From contig JAWXUT010000004.1 of the NCBI GenBank assembly GCA_044426075.1, positions 1-33,798 on the forward strand: a stretch of DNA of 33,798 nt. The letters are read 5' to 3'. A program made the position numbers and the translations under genes. Positions 24,885-33,798 of the stretch are shown in pieces. Positions within the stretch are counted from its first letter, which is position 1; every line of letters starts with the position of its first letter. The notes under the pieces are model-generated. The model saw nothing but the letters and a program-made list of their open reading frames with translations, was not told where the DNA came from and made no database searches. Origin of the DNA: Bacillota bacterium. GTDB lineage: Bacteria > Bacillota > Clostridia > Christensenellales > DTU072.

Positions 24885-26051
24885 ATGAAAAGATTTTTTA
24901 CTTCAGAAAGTGTCACAGAAGGACACCCAGATAAAGTTTGCGACCAAATATCAGATGCTGTATTAGACAGCATCTTAGCGGTTGCACCAGAGTCAAGAGT
25001 AGCTTGCGAAACCGTAGTTACTACTGGTATGGTGCTTGTTATGGGTGAAGTTACAACTTCTGCAACACTTGATATACCTTCAATCGTACGTGATACCGTA
25101 AAAGAGATAGGTTATGTAAATCCAGAAAGTGGGTTTGACTACCGTTCTTGTTCGGTGTTGGTTACGCTTGACAGACAGTCAGCTGACATCGCTCTTGGTG
25201 TAGATAGCAGTTTAGAAGATAAAGCTAGCGATTCTCACTATGACAAGATTGGTGCGGGTGACCAAGGTATGATGTTTGGATTTGCTTGCAACGAAACAGA
25301 AGAATTAATGCCAATGCCAATTATGCTTGCACACAAGTTGTCACAAAAGTTGACAGATGTGCGTAAATCTGGTGCATTGACATATCTTCGTCCCGACGGC
25401 AAATCACAAGTTACCATTGAGTATGACGGAAACAAGGTAAAAAGAGTTGATACAGTAGTTTTGTCAACTCAACACAGCGAAGAAATTAGCATCGATAAGT
25501 TGCGTAGCGACCTAAAAGAGGCGGTTATTGAAGCTGTTATTCCGGCTGAACTTATGGATAGCGATACAAAAATATACATAAATCCTACTGGCAGATTTGT
25601 AATTGGCGGCCCTCAAGGTGATAGCGGTCTTACTGGCAGAAAGATTATTGTTGATACTTATGGCGGATATGCACCACACGGTGGTGGCGCTTTTAGCGGA
25701 AAAGATCCAACAAAAGTGGATAGAAGCGCGGCTTATTATGCAAGATATGTTGCAAAAAACATTGTTGCAAGCGGACTAGCTGATAAATGTGAGTTGCAAC
25801 TTGCATACGCTATCGGAAAAGCACAACCCGTTTCTATTTTAGTAAACACATTTGGCACTGGTAAGTTAGCTGATGATGTGCTGGTTGAAGCGTTACCAAC
25901 AATTTTCGACTTCAGACCAAAGGCAATTATCGACGCACTTGATTTAACCCAGCCACAATATCGCAAAACGGCAAGTTATGGTCATTTTGGCAGAGATTGC
26001 TTCAGTTGGGAAAAAACCGATAAAATAGCTGAGTTAAAGAGGCTTATTTAA
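24885..26051 (+). CDS. metK: S-adenosylmethionine synthetase
   Basis: [52 protein letters not shown]. It starts 7 nt after the rpoC stop. Confidence 0.95.
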   Translation: MKRFFTSESVTEGHPDKVCDQISDAVLDSILAVAPESRVACETVVTTGMVLVMGEVTTSATLDIPSIVRDTVKEIGYVNPESGFDYRSCSVLVTLDRQSADIALGVDSSLEDKASDSHYDKIGAGDQGMMFGFACNETEELMPMPIMLAHKLSQKLTDVRKSGALTYLRPDGKSQVTIEYDGNKVKRVDTVVLSTQHSEEISIDKLRSDLKEAVIEAVIPAELMDSDTKIYINPTGRFVIGGPQGDSGLTGRKIIVDTYGGYAPHGGGAFSGKDPTKVDRSAAYYARYVAKNIVASGLADKCELQLAYAIGKAQPVSILVNTFGTGKLADDVLVEALPTIFDFRPKAIIDALDLTQPQYRKTASYGHFGRDCFSWEKTDKIAELKRLI

Positions 26052-28276
26052 TGATAATTGAAGGAAGTGTTGAAAGGATAGCCTTCCGCAATGAGGAAAA
26101 TGGTTATACTGTAATTGATTTTTATGCTGACAACAAGGTTATACCTGTTGTTGGCATTTTTCCTATGATCTGCGTGGGCGAAACGCTTTCTTTAGTGGGT
26201 GAATATGTCACAAAAGGCATATATGGCGAGCAATTTTCGGTAAAAGAAGTTGTTTATAAGTCGCCAACAGATAAATTTGGCATCATAAATTACCTATCTT
26301 CGGGTTTGTTTAAAGGTGTTGGAATTTCAATTGCCACCTCAATTTTTGAGACATTTGGCACAGATACATTAAAAGTTATGGAAAATACGCCCGATAAACT
26401 TTCAAAAGTTAGGGGCATAAGTGCAAAGCGCGCGGTAGAAATTGGCATAGAGTTTGGCAAGCATATTGATATGCAACACACATTAATATTTTTGCAACAG
26501 CACGGCATAACACTTGGTCAGTCATTAAAAATCTACAAAAAATATGGTGCAAATACTGAAGAACAACTACTCGATAATCCATATAAATTGGTAGAGGATA
26601 TTGAGGGAATAGGGTTTACAACAGCCGATAAAATGGCGGGTAAATTTGGCATTGATAGCGACAGTGAGTTCAGAATAATGGCTGGAATCACGCATATTTT
26701 GCAAGAGGGCGCAAGCCGTGAAGGTCACACATGTATGCCATATGATATGGTTGTTGATGCAAGTGCGCACTTGTTGGGGGTTGTTGATACCGAAAAAGTC
26801 GCAAGTTGTATTGCGCCAATGTTATTAACTTTGAGACTTAAAAAGCACAGCATTACAATCAATAATGAAGATGTTGAAATGTTGGCTCTGCCACAATTTT
26901 ATGCAACTGAAGGTGCAATAGCAATGCGTTTAATGCGCTTGATATCTGCGGTGGAAACGGTAAATTTCAACCTTGAAAAAGACATTGCACGCTACGAGCA
27001 CAGCAACGATATCTTGTTGCACGAAGCACAAAAAAAGGCGATTGAAACGGCAATAAGCAGTGGTGTTATGGTTATAACGGGCGGGCCTGGTACCGGCAAA
27101 ACCACCATAATAAAATGCATAACAGAGTTGTTTATGTCTAGCGGAAAAAGGGTAAAGTTATGTGCCCCAACCGGAAGAGCGGCAAAGCGTATGAGCGAGG
27201 CAACTGGGTTAGAGGCAAAAACAATACACCGTTTGTTGGGTATGGAATTTGCAGAAGGCAAGTTTAACTTTAAGTACAATGAACTTGAGCCGCTTGACGC
27301 CGATGTTGTTATAGTTGATGAGATAAGTATGGCTGATATTTTCATATTCAACTCATTGATAAAAGCGCTTGAAATGGGCACAAGGATTGTGCTTGTTGGC
27401 GATAAAGATCAACTACCTTCAGTGTCTGCAGGTAACATTTTGGGTGACATAATTGCGTGCAATATGGTACCCGTAATCGCATTAACTGAAATTTATAGGC
27501 AAGATGCAAACAGTTTAATTATATCAAACGCGCACCGCATAAACAACGGTGAAATGCCAGTGCTAAACAACGCATCTAAGGACTTTTTTGTAGATGATAA
27601 GATAGAGCCAGAAACAATTTCTGACACGGCAATTGCAATGTATACAAGTAGATTGCCAAAGTATTTTAACATTGCCGCCACCGATATCCAAGTGTTGACG
27701 CCAGTCAAAAAAACCGTTTGCGGGGTGGAAGCGTTAAATGCAAATATTCAAAAAATAATAAATCCAGTTGGCTCATATGTAACGTGTCGCGACACCATAT
27801 TTAGGGTGGGTGACAAGGTTATGCAAATTGTAAATGATTACGATTTGGAGTGGACGCGTGAAGACGGTTTCAATTTTGAAGAAGGCAAGGGTGTTTTCAA
27901 CGGCGATATTGGGTTTATTAAGGATATAAACAAAGATACTATTCTTGTAAAATATGACGATAACAAGATAGTTAGATACAAAAAAGACAAACACGAAGAA
28001 CTCAATTTGGCATATGCAATAAGCGTGCATAAGAGTCAAGGTTCGGAGTTTAAAGTGGTGCTTTTGGTGCTTGCAAAAAGTTACAGAGGGCTGCTTACAA
28101 GAAACCTATTGTACACCGCCGTCACTAGGGCAAAAGAAGCAGTGGTTATAGTGGGCAATCCTAACACAATTTTGAGTATGGTGCACAACAATGTATCCGC
28201 AAAAAGATACACTTTACTAAAAGATTTGTTGGAAAAAGGCAACGCAAGAATGGGCAAAATTCTGCACGGAGAATAG
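26051..28276 (+). CDS. recD2: ATP-dependent RecD-like DNA helicase (RecD2, SF1B)
   Basis: TAATG overlap with the metK stop. It has an N-terminal OB/HhH-like region, Walker A GGPGTGKTT, VIVDEISM, and the C-terminal motifs AISVHKSQGSEF and YTAVTRAK. Confidence 0.88.
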   Translation: MIIEGSVERIAFRNEENGYTVIDFYADNKVIPVVGIFPMICVGETLSLVGEYVTKGIYGEQFSVKEVVYKSPTDKFGIINYLSSGLFKGVGISIATSIFETFGTDTLKVMENTPDKLSKVRGISAKRAVEIGIEFGKHIDMQHTLIFLQQHGITLGQSLKIYKKYGANTEEQLLDNPYKLVEDIEGIGFTTADKMAGKFGIDSDSEFRIMAGITHILQEGASREGHTCMPYDMVVDASAHLLGVVDTEKVASCIAPMLLTLRLKKHSITINNEDVEMLALPQFYATEGAIAMRLMRLISAVETVNFNLEKDIARYEHSNDILLHEAQKKAIETAISSGVMVITGGPGTGKTTIIKCITELFMSSGKRVKLCAPTGRAAKRMSEATGLEAKTIHRLLGMEFAEGKFNFKYNELEPLDADVVIVDEISMADIFIFNSLIKALEMGTRIVLVGDKDQLPSVSAGNILGDIIACNMVPVIALTEIYRQDANSLIISNAHRINNGEMPVLNNASKDFFVDDKIEPETISDTAIAMYTSRLPKYFNIAATDIQVLTPVKKTVCGVEALNANIQKIINPVGSYVTCRDTIFRVGDKVMQIVNDYDLEWTREDGFNFEEGKGVFNGDIGFIKDINKDTILVKYDDNKIVRYKKDKHEELNLAYAISVHKSQGSEFKVVLLVLAKSYRGLLTRNLLYTAVTRAKEAVVIVGNPNTILSMVHNNVSAKRYTLLKDLLEKGNARMGKILHGE

Positions 28277-28315
28277 TATTTATATAATATATTATGATTC
28301 TAAGGGGGAGTTATT

Positions 28316-29065
28316 ATGACAAAAGACGACAACTTTAATTCTATACTAGAAAAAGGCAAGTTATTTTTGCAGAAAACACTGTTCCCAAAGGCGCATAAAT
28401 GTATTTTTTGTGGCAGAGAAATTTACAAAGATAACGGTTTGTATTCCACTTGCGACAAGTGTTTTGAAAAATTGCCGTATAGGTTGGGCGAATATTGTTT
28501 GATTTGTGGTGACCCCGCGGTTGAACGCAATTTGTGCAAAAGGTGCAGAGATTTTAGACCCGATTTCAGTGCGTTATATGCGCCATTTAATTATACGCAA
28601 AAAGTGAGTTCTGTTGCGGTTGGTTACAAAGATAAGCCCAATAAATGGATGGCTCCTTACATTGCAAAATATATGGCGGATTGGTACAATACTTTTAATA
28701 TTGTGGGCGAAGTTATGGTTTATGTGCCTTCTAGCCCCGACGCAATTAAAAGCCGTAGGTTTGATCACAACGAGTTGGTTGCAGAAGAGCTTGCAAAAAT
28801 GATAAACATTCCAGTGGTAAATGCGCTTAGTTGCAGTGGAATGGTTAGCAGTCAGACCGAAAATGACAGAGAAATGCGCTCATTAAACGTGGTAGGTGCG
28901 TTTCATAAATCCGAAGATTATAACACCGAGCTAATAGAAAATAAAGATGTTATTTTGATTGACGATGTTGTAACAACGGGGGCAACGGTGCGAGAGTGCG
29001 CGCGTGTGCTAATGCAAGAAAATAAGGCAAAAAGCGTAAGAGTATTGGCTTTTGCAAGAAGATAA
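28316..29065 (+). CDS. comFC: ComF family protein (ComFC-like phosphoribosyltransferase with N-terminal double zinc ribbon)
   Basis: CIFCG...CDKC...CLICG...CKRC zinc ribbons; PRTase loop VILIDDVVTTGAT. Confidence 0.85.
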   Translation: MTKDDNFNSILEKGKLFLQKTLFPKAHKCIFCGREIYKDNGLYSTCDKCFEKLPYRLGEYCLICGDPAVERNLCKRCRDFRPDFSALYAPFNYTQKVSSVAVGYKDKPNKWMAPYIAKYMADWYNTFNIVGEVMVYVPSSPDAIKSRRFDHNELVAEELAKMINIPVVNALSCSGMVSSQTENDREMRSLNVVGAFHKSEDYNTELIENKDVILIDDVVTTGATVRECARVLMQENKAKSVRVLAFARR

Positions 29066-29075
29066 CGGAGTATAT

Positions 29076-30125
29076 ATGAACTATATTGATATTTGTAAAG
29101 AAAAATTGGATGCCTTGCGCAATAGAGATGACTATTTAATATTATCTATTGAATCAAGCTGTGATGAAACGGCGGTTGCTGTTGTTCGCGGAAGATATAT
29201 TGTTTCTAGCGTTATATCCTCACAAATTGAAATCCACAAGCGTTTTGGCGGAGTTGTGCCAGAAATCGCAAGTCGCAATCACGCTCTTCAAATTAAACAC
29301 ATTGTAGATGAGGCTATGCAAAAAGCGGGTGTTACATTTGATGATATTTCTGCAATCGCGGTTACATATGGTGCGGGGCTTTTGGGCGCGCTTCTTGTTG
29401 GGGTGAGTTACGCAAAAGCGCTAGCTTATACTTTAGAGCTTCCACTTATTGCAGTTAGCCACATTAAGGGGCACATTGCCGCAAACTACATTGCCACCCC
29501 CGATTTAGAGCCACCTTTTGTGTGTCTTTTGGCAAGTGGAGGCCACACTGAAGTGCTAAAAATTAATTCATTTAATGATATAGAAGTGTTGGGTGAAACG
29601 CAAGATGATGCAGTGGGCGAAGCTTTTGATAAAGTGGCTCGCGTGCTAGGTTTGCCATATCCTGGTGGACCCGAAATTGAGCGCCTTGCAAAAGAGGGTG
29701 CGCCAAGTTATAAATTGCCACGCGCATTTAAAGGCGAAAAGCACCTTAACTTCTCATTTAGCGGACTTAAAACTGCGGTTATAAATATGGTTTCAAATAT
29801 GACACAACGCGGAGAGGTTGTAAATCGCGCCGATCTCGCTTGTTCTTTTCAGACCGAGGCGGTTGGAGTTTTGGTTGACCACGCAATTGAAGGCGCAAAA
29901 CGCTCGGGCATAAACACTATTGCTCTTGCCGGTGGAGTTGGCGCAAATACCGCGCTTCGCAAAAAGTTGCAAGAAGAGGGCGCAAAACATAATATTCGCA
30001 TCCTTTTGCCACCTAAAATACTTTGCACAGATAACGGAGCTATGATTGGTGTGGCGGCATATGAGGCTATAAAACTAGGCGAACAACCAGCAGATCTCAC
30101 TTTAGATGCAGATCCAGCCGTGTAA
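29076..30125 (+). CDS. tsaD: tRNA N6-adenosine threonylcarbamoyltransferase
   Basis: ATG 29076 lies downstream of the comFC stop and a CGGAG RBS; the track start 29052 overlaps comFC. ILSIESSCDETAVAVV, SHIKGHI, GGVGANTALR. Confidence 0.92.
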   Translation: MNYIDICKEKLDALRNRDDYLILSIESSCDETAVAVVRGRYIVSSVISSQIEIHKRFGGVVPEIASRNHALQIKHIVDEAMQKAGVTFDDISAIAVTYGAGLLGALLVGVSYAKALAYTLELPLIAVSHIKGHIAANYIATPDLEPPFVCLLASGGHTEVLKINSFNDIEVLGETQDDAVGEAFDKVARVLGLPYPGGPEIERLAKEGAPSYKLPRAFKGEKHLNFSFSGLKTAVINMVSNMTQRGEVVNRADLACSFQTEAVGVLVDHAIEGAKRSGINTIALAGGVGANTALRKKLQEEGAKHNIRILLPPKILCTDNGAMIGVAAYEAIKLGEQPADLTLDADPAV

Positions 30126-30220
30126 CTTGCAAAAAATCACTGCGCAAAAGGCATAAACTCCGTTTCTGCAGTAATAAAATAGCAAAACTCAAAAAAAATA
30201 CAATAAATGTGTAAAATTAA

Positions 30221-30249
30221 TTGACATCTTTTTACTCTCTTGTTATAAT
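30221..30249 (+). promoter_or_regulatory. Consensus promoter of rpsL-rpsG-fusA
   Basis: TTGACA(30221-30226), 17 nt, TGtTATAAT(30241-30249). A ~275-nt leader follows. Confidence 0.75.
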
Positions 30250-30525
30250 GATTAGGCTTGTGAAGTGTGTTTTGTTATGTCACGCACAAGGTTGCAATTT
30301 GTGCGATCATTCATATTCATTTCAAAAGCAATCAACTATGGTAGTAAGATGCGTCGTTCCCGAAGAACTAAGGTGTGTTTTTCCGGAGAAAACGATGCTA
30401 CTTAATATTGGTTAATGATAATATTCCTACATCATTGCCGTAATAAAAAAATACTCGGGCACAAAGCCCACAGAGCCCCCTTTTGGGTTGAATTGGGAGC
30501 TTACTAAAAAAGGAGGAACCCAATA

Positions 30526-30897
30526 ATGCCAACAATTAACCAACTCATAAGGCACGGCCGTGAGAAACAAGTTAAAAAGTCAGTTACCCCTTTGATGGAT
30601 AAATGTCCACAAAAAAGAGGTGTTTGCCTTTCAGTTTCTACAACAACGCCTAAAAAGCCAAACTCTGCTGTTCGTAAAATCGCAAGGGTACGTATTGTAA
30701 ACGGAATGGAAGGTACTGTATATATTCCAGGTATCGGCCACAACTTGCAAGAGCACAGTGTTGTTCTTATCAGAGGCGGAAGAGTTAGGGATCTACCTGG
30801 TGTACGTTACCACATCATAAGAGGTACTTTAGATACAGCAGGTGTAGCTAAGAGAAATCAAGCTAGATCCAAATACGGCGCTAAAAAACCTAAGTAA
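30526..30897 (+). CDS. rpsL: 30S ribosomal protein S12
   Basis: [12 protein letters not shown]...[17 protein letters not shown]...[30 protein letters not shown]. Confidence 0.97.
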   Translation: MPTINQLIRHGREKQVKKSVTPLMDKCPQKRGVCLSVSTTTPKKPNSAVRKIARVRIVNGMEGTVYIPGIGHNLQEHSVVLIRGGRVRDLPGVRYHIIRGTLDTAGVAKRNQARSKYGAKKPK

Positions 30898-30933
30898 GCG
30901 GTTTTTAGCAGATTAAATTAGGAGGATATTAAA

Positions 30934-31404
30934 ATGCCAAGAAGAAGTGGTGTCCCAAAACGTGACGTTTTGCCAGATCCAATATACAATTCAAAGGTAA
31001 TTACTAAACTTATCAACCAAATTATGTTGGATGGTGAGCGTGGTGTTGCCCAAAAGATCGTTTATGAAGCTTTTGCTATTGTTGAAGCAAAGTTAGGTCA
31101 AGCACCTGACGAAGTTTTTCAAAAAGCTTTAGAAAACATTATGCCTACTCTAGAGGTTAAAGCTCGCCGTGTTGGTGGAGCTAACTATCAAGTTCCTCTA
31201 GAAATCAGACCTGATCGTCGCCAAACACTAGGAATTCGTTGGATGGTTCTATTTGCTCGTAAACGTAGCGAAAGAACTATGAAAGAAAGACTAGCTGGTG
31301 AGATTACAGATGCATTTAACAACGCTGGTGGCGCTGTTAAGAAGAAAGAAGATACCCACCGTATGGCAGAAGCTAACAAAGCATTTGCACATTTCCGTTG
31401 GTAG
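30934..31404 (+). CDS. rpsG: 30S ribosomal protein S7
   Basis: [40 protein letters not shown]... Confidence 0.97.
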   Translation: MPRRSGVPKRDVLPDPIYNSKVITKLINQIMLDGERGVAQKIVYEAFAIVEAKLGQAPDEVFQKALENIMPTLEVKARRVGGANYQVPLEIRPDRRQTLGIRWMVLFARKRSERTMKERLAGEITDAFNNAGGAVKKKEDTHRMAEANKAFAHFRW

Positions 31405-31461
31405 AATCGAATATATTGCACAAATTTGTCAATATATCTAATGCAATGAAGCAATACAAAG

Positions 31462-31497
31462 TTAAGAACGGTATTCAAAATTGCCGTTCTTAATTTT
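31462..31497 (+). terminator. Stem-loop with a short T-run between rpsG and fusA (partial terminator or processing site)
   Basis: 10-bp perfect stem ttaagaacgg / ccgttcttaa, 12-nt loop, then tttt. Confidence 0.5.
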
Positions 31498-31543
31498 AAG
31501 TTAATACAGTCCCACTTAGCGGACAGAATTAGAGGAAATAAAT

Positions 31544-33616
31544 ATGTCAAGAGAATTCCCAATTAGTAAATTAAGAAACATTGGTATCATGGCTCATATT
31601 GATGCTGGTAAGACTACTACAACTGAGCGTATCTTGTATTACACAGGTAAAACACATAAGATAGGTGAAGTTCATGAAGGCGCAGCTACAATGGACTGGA
31701 TGGTTCAAGAGCAAGAAAGAGGTATTACAATTACTTCTGCTGCTACAACTTGTCAGTGGGCTGGTCATGTTATCAATATTATCGACACCCCTGGTCACGT
31801 TGACTTTACTGTTGAAGTTGAAAGAAGTTTGCGTGTACTTGATGGTGCTGTTGCTGTTTTCTGTGCAAAAGGTGGCGTTGAGCCTCAATCAGAAACAGTT
31901 TGGAGACAAGCTGAGAAGTACAATGTACCACGTATGGCATTCGTTAACAAAATGGATATCAATGGTGCTGACTTCTACAACGTTGTTGAAATGATGAAAT
32001 CACGTTTGGGTGCAAACGCAATTCCAATCGCTTTGCCAATCGGTAAAGAAGATTCATTTATCGGTATTATTGATCTTATTAAGAACGAAGCTATTATCTA
32101 CACAGATAACCTAGGCACAGTTCAAGATCACACAGAGATTCCAGATGAGTACAAAGACGAAGCTGCTGAAGCACGTGCGGCACTTATGGAAGTTATCGCT
32201 GAAACTGATGAAGATATGATGGAAAGATTCTTTAACGGTGAAGAGTTCACAGAAGAAGAAATCTGGGCAACATTGCGTAAACTAACAATCGATATGAAGA
32301 TTACACCAGTACTTTGCGGTACAGCTTACCGTAACAAAGGTGTTCAACAATTATTAGATGCTGTTGTAGCACTAATGCCATCACCACTAGATGTTCCTGC
32401 AATTACAGGTGAGTGGGAAGGCGAAGCTATGGTTAGAGAGAGCAGTGATGATGTTCCACTAGCAGGTTTAGCATTTAAGATTGCAGCTGACCCATTTGTT
32501 GGTAAGTTGACATTCTACCGTATTTACAGCGGTGTGTTAAAAGCTGGTAGCACAGTTTACAACTCATTTAAGCAACAAAAAGAGAGAATCGGTCGTATCG
32601 TTCGTATGCACGCTAACAGCCGTACCGATCTTGATGAAGCTTATGCAGGTGATATCGTAGCAATCGTTGGTCTAAAAGTAACCACTACTGGTGAAACTTT
32701 ATGTGACCAATCTGCTCCAGTTATACTAGAAAACATGGTCTTCCCAGATCCAGTTATCCGTGTAGCTATCGAGCCAAAAACTAAACTAGGTCAAGAGAAA
32801 ATGGGTCTTGCACTAAACAAACTTTCAGATGAAGATCCAACATTCCGCACATACACAGACAAAGAAACTGGACAAACCATTATCGCTGGTATGGGTGAAT
32901 TGCACTTAGAAATCATCGTAGATAGACTTTTGCGTGAGTTTAAAGTTGAAGCTAACGTTGGTAAACCACAAGTTGCTTATCGTGAGACTATCCGTAAAGA
33001 AGCTCGCGGTGATGGTAAATTTGTTCGCCAATCTGGTGGTAAAGGTCAATATGGTCACGCTGTTATCATAATGAGCCCACAAGAGCCAGGTGCAGGTATC
33101 GAATTTATCGATGAAACTGTTGGCGGTTCAGTACCAAAAGAATACATCAAGTGTGTTGAAGAAGGCGTTAAAGATGCAGCTAAGGGCGGTATCGTTGCTG
33201 GTTACGAATTGGTTGACTTTAAAGTTCGCCTAATTGATGGTAGCTACCACGAAGTTGACTCTTCAGAAATGGCATTTAAAATTGCTGGTAGTATGGCTCT
33301 TAAAGATGCTTGTGCTAAAGCTGGCGCAACTATTCTTGAACCAGTTATGGCAGTTGAAGTTACTGCACCAAGTGAATATCTTGGCGATATGATAGGAACT
33401 GTTACTGCAAGACGTGGTATGATTAAAACCACTGATGACAGAAACGGAATCAAAGTACTTGCAGCTGATGTTCCACTATCAGAAATGTTCGGTTACGCAA
33501 CAGTTTTGCGTAGTGCAACACAAGGTAGAGGTAACTACACAATGCAACTAGATAGCTATCACGAAGTTCCTAAGTCAATCTTAGAGACAATTGTTGGCGC
33601 TAGAGCTAAAAAATAA
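31544..33616 (+). CDS. fusA: Translation elongation factor G
   Basis: [37 protein letters not shown]; 690 aa. Confidence 0.97.
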   Translation: MSREFPISKLRNIGIMAHIDAGKTTTTERILYYTGKTHKIGEVHEGAATMDWMVQEQERGITITSAATTCQWAGHVINIIDTPGHVDFTVEVERSLRVLDGAVAVFCAKGGVEPQSETVWRQAEKYNVPRMAFVNKMDINGADFYNVVEMMKSRLGANAIPIALPIGKEDSFIGIIDLIKNEAIIYTDNLGTVQDHTEIPDEYKDEAAEARAALMEVIAETDEDMMERFFNGEEFTEEEIWATLRKLTIDMKITPVLCGTAYRNKGVQQLLDAVVALMPSPLDVPAITGEWEGEAMVRESSDDVPLAGLAFKIAADPFVGKLTFYRIYSGVLKAGSTVYNSFKQQKERIGRIVRMHANSRTDLDEAYAGDIVAIVGLKVTTTGETLCDQSAPVILENMVFPDPVIRVAIEPKTKLGQEKMGLALNKLSDEDPTFRTYTDKETGQTIIAGMGELHLEIIVDRLLREFKVEANVGKPQVAYRETIRKEARGDGKFVRQSGGKGQYGHAVIIMSPQEPGAGIEFIDETVGGSVPKEYIKCVEEGVKDAAKGGIVAGYELVDFKVRLIDGSYHEVDSSEMAFKIAGSMALKDACAKAGATILEPVMAVEVTAPSEYLGDMIGTVTARRGMIKTTDDRNGIKVLAADVPLSEMFGYATVLRSATQGRGNYTMQLDSYHEVPKSILETIVGARAKK

Positions 33617-33678
33617 TAGACAAAACTGCTATTCTGCCTAAAAAAATGGGTAGAATAGAAAAAAGTTTATAAAATAAC

Positions 33679-33707
33679 TAGACAATATTATTATATTGTA
33701 TTATAAT
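33679..33707 (+). promoter_or_regulatory. Candidate internal promoter for tuf
   Basis: TAGACA(33679-33684), 17 nt, TATAAT(33702-33707). Confidence 0.45.
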
Positions 33708-33746
33708 TAAAACAAATAAAAGAATATTCTTGGAGGAATAATTAAA

Positions 33747-33798
33747 ATGGCAAAATCCAAATTTGAAAGAAATAAGCCACACGTTAACGTTGGTACTA
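33747..33798 (+). CDS. tuf: Translation elongation factor Tu (first 17 codons only; runs off the window)
   Basis: GGAGGA RBS, then MAKSKFERNKPHVNVGT, the canonical EF-Tu N-terminus. Confidence 0.9.
   Translation, partial: MAKSKFERNKPHVNVGT

Noticed and set aside
30221-30415. 64-aa ORF in the rpsL leader
   Set aside because: It begins at the TTG of the -35 box itself and therefore lies upstream of the TSS. It has no RBS. The internal ATG at 30338 also lacks an SD. I treat the region as untranslated leader.
31188-31562. 124-aa minus-strand ORF overlapping the rpsG 3' end and the fusA start
   Set aside because: It is antisense to two ribosomal-operon genes and the intervening hairpin, with no RBS.
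33617-33678. 10-bp hairpin after fusA (ctattctgcc / gggtagaatag) as a terminator
   Set aside because: On the plus strand it is followed by an A-run rather than a T-run, so it is not a canonical intrinsic terminator for fusA. It may be a stabilising or processing structure, but the evidence is too thin to call.

Overview
AT-rich chromosomal window from a Bacillota (Clostridia-like) genome. I saw no rRNA, tRNA, CRISPR, transposase or phage genes. Positions ~10.6-33.8 kb are the core gene-expression neighbourhood: an acpP-like gene, rpmG-secE-nusG-rplK-rplA, L10 leader-rplJ-rplL, rpoB-rpoC, and rpsL-rpsG-fusA-tuf(start). It has two interruptions. A DUF1540-like Cys-rich gene, rplI and a minus-strand rqcP(yabO)-ispDF pair sit between rplL and rpoB. 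metK-recD2-comFC-tsaD follow directly after rpoC. The left edge carries an apparently frameshifted sugar-phosphate isomerase/epimerase TIM-barrel gene and a GPH-family sugar:cation symporter. The stand-out region is 2.8-10.5 kb: ten same-strand ORFs in about four transcription units, built from only two recurring modules. Module S is a small protein (83-129 aa) without a signal peptide. It has a basic N-terminus, an Ala/Glu/Gln-rich helix and a strongly conserved Pro/Val-rich C-terminal core (VPVxxPxx[FI][IV]Q[LM]xPIVQPIxLVP[YF]x[TS]QxQP) ending in an acidic/aromatic tail. Module M is a paralogous 4-TM membrane protein. The S motif occurs free in 4 genes and fused to the N-terminus of an M module in 3 genes, one of which also has a zinc ribbon. 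This fusion/fission pattern implies the two modules act together. I do not recognise either module as a characterised family, so function is unknown. All product names come from reading motifs in the supplied translations and my own hand translations. No database search or folding calculation was possible.
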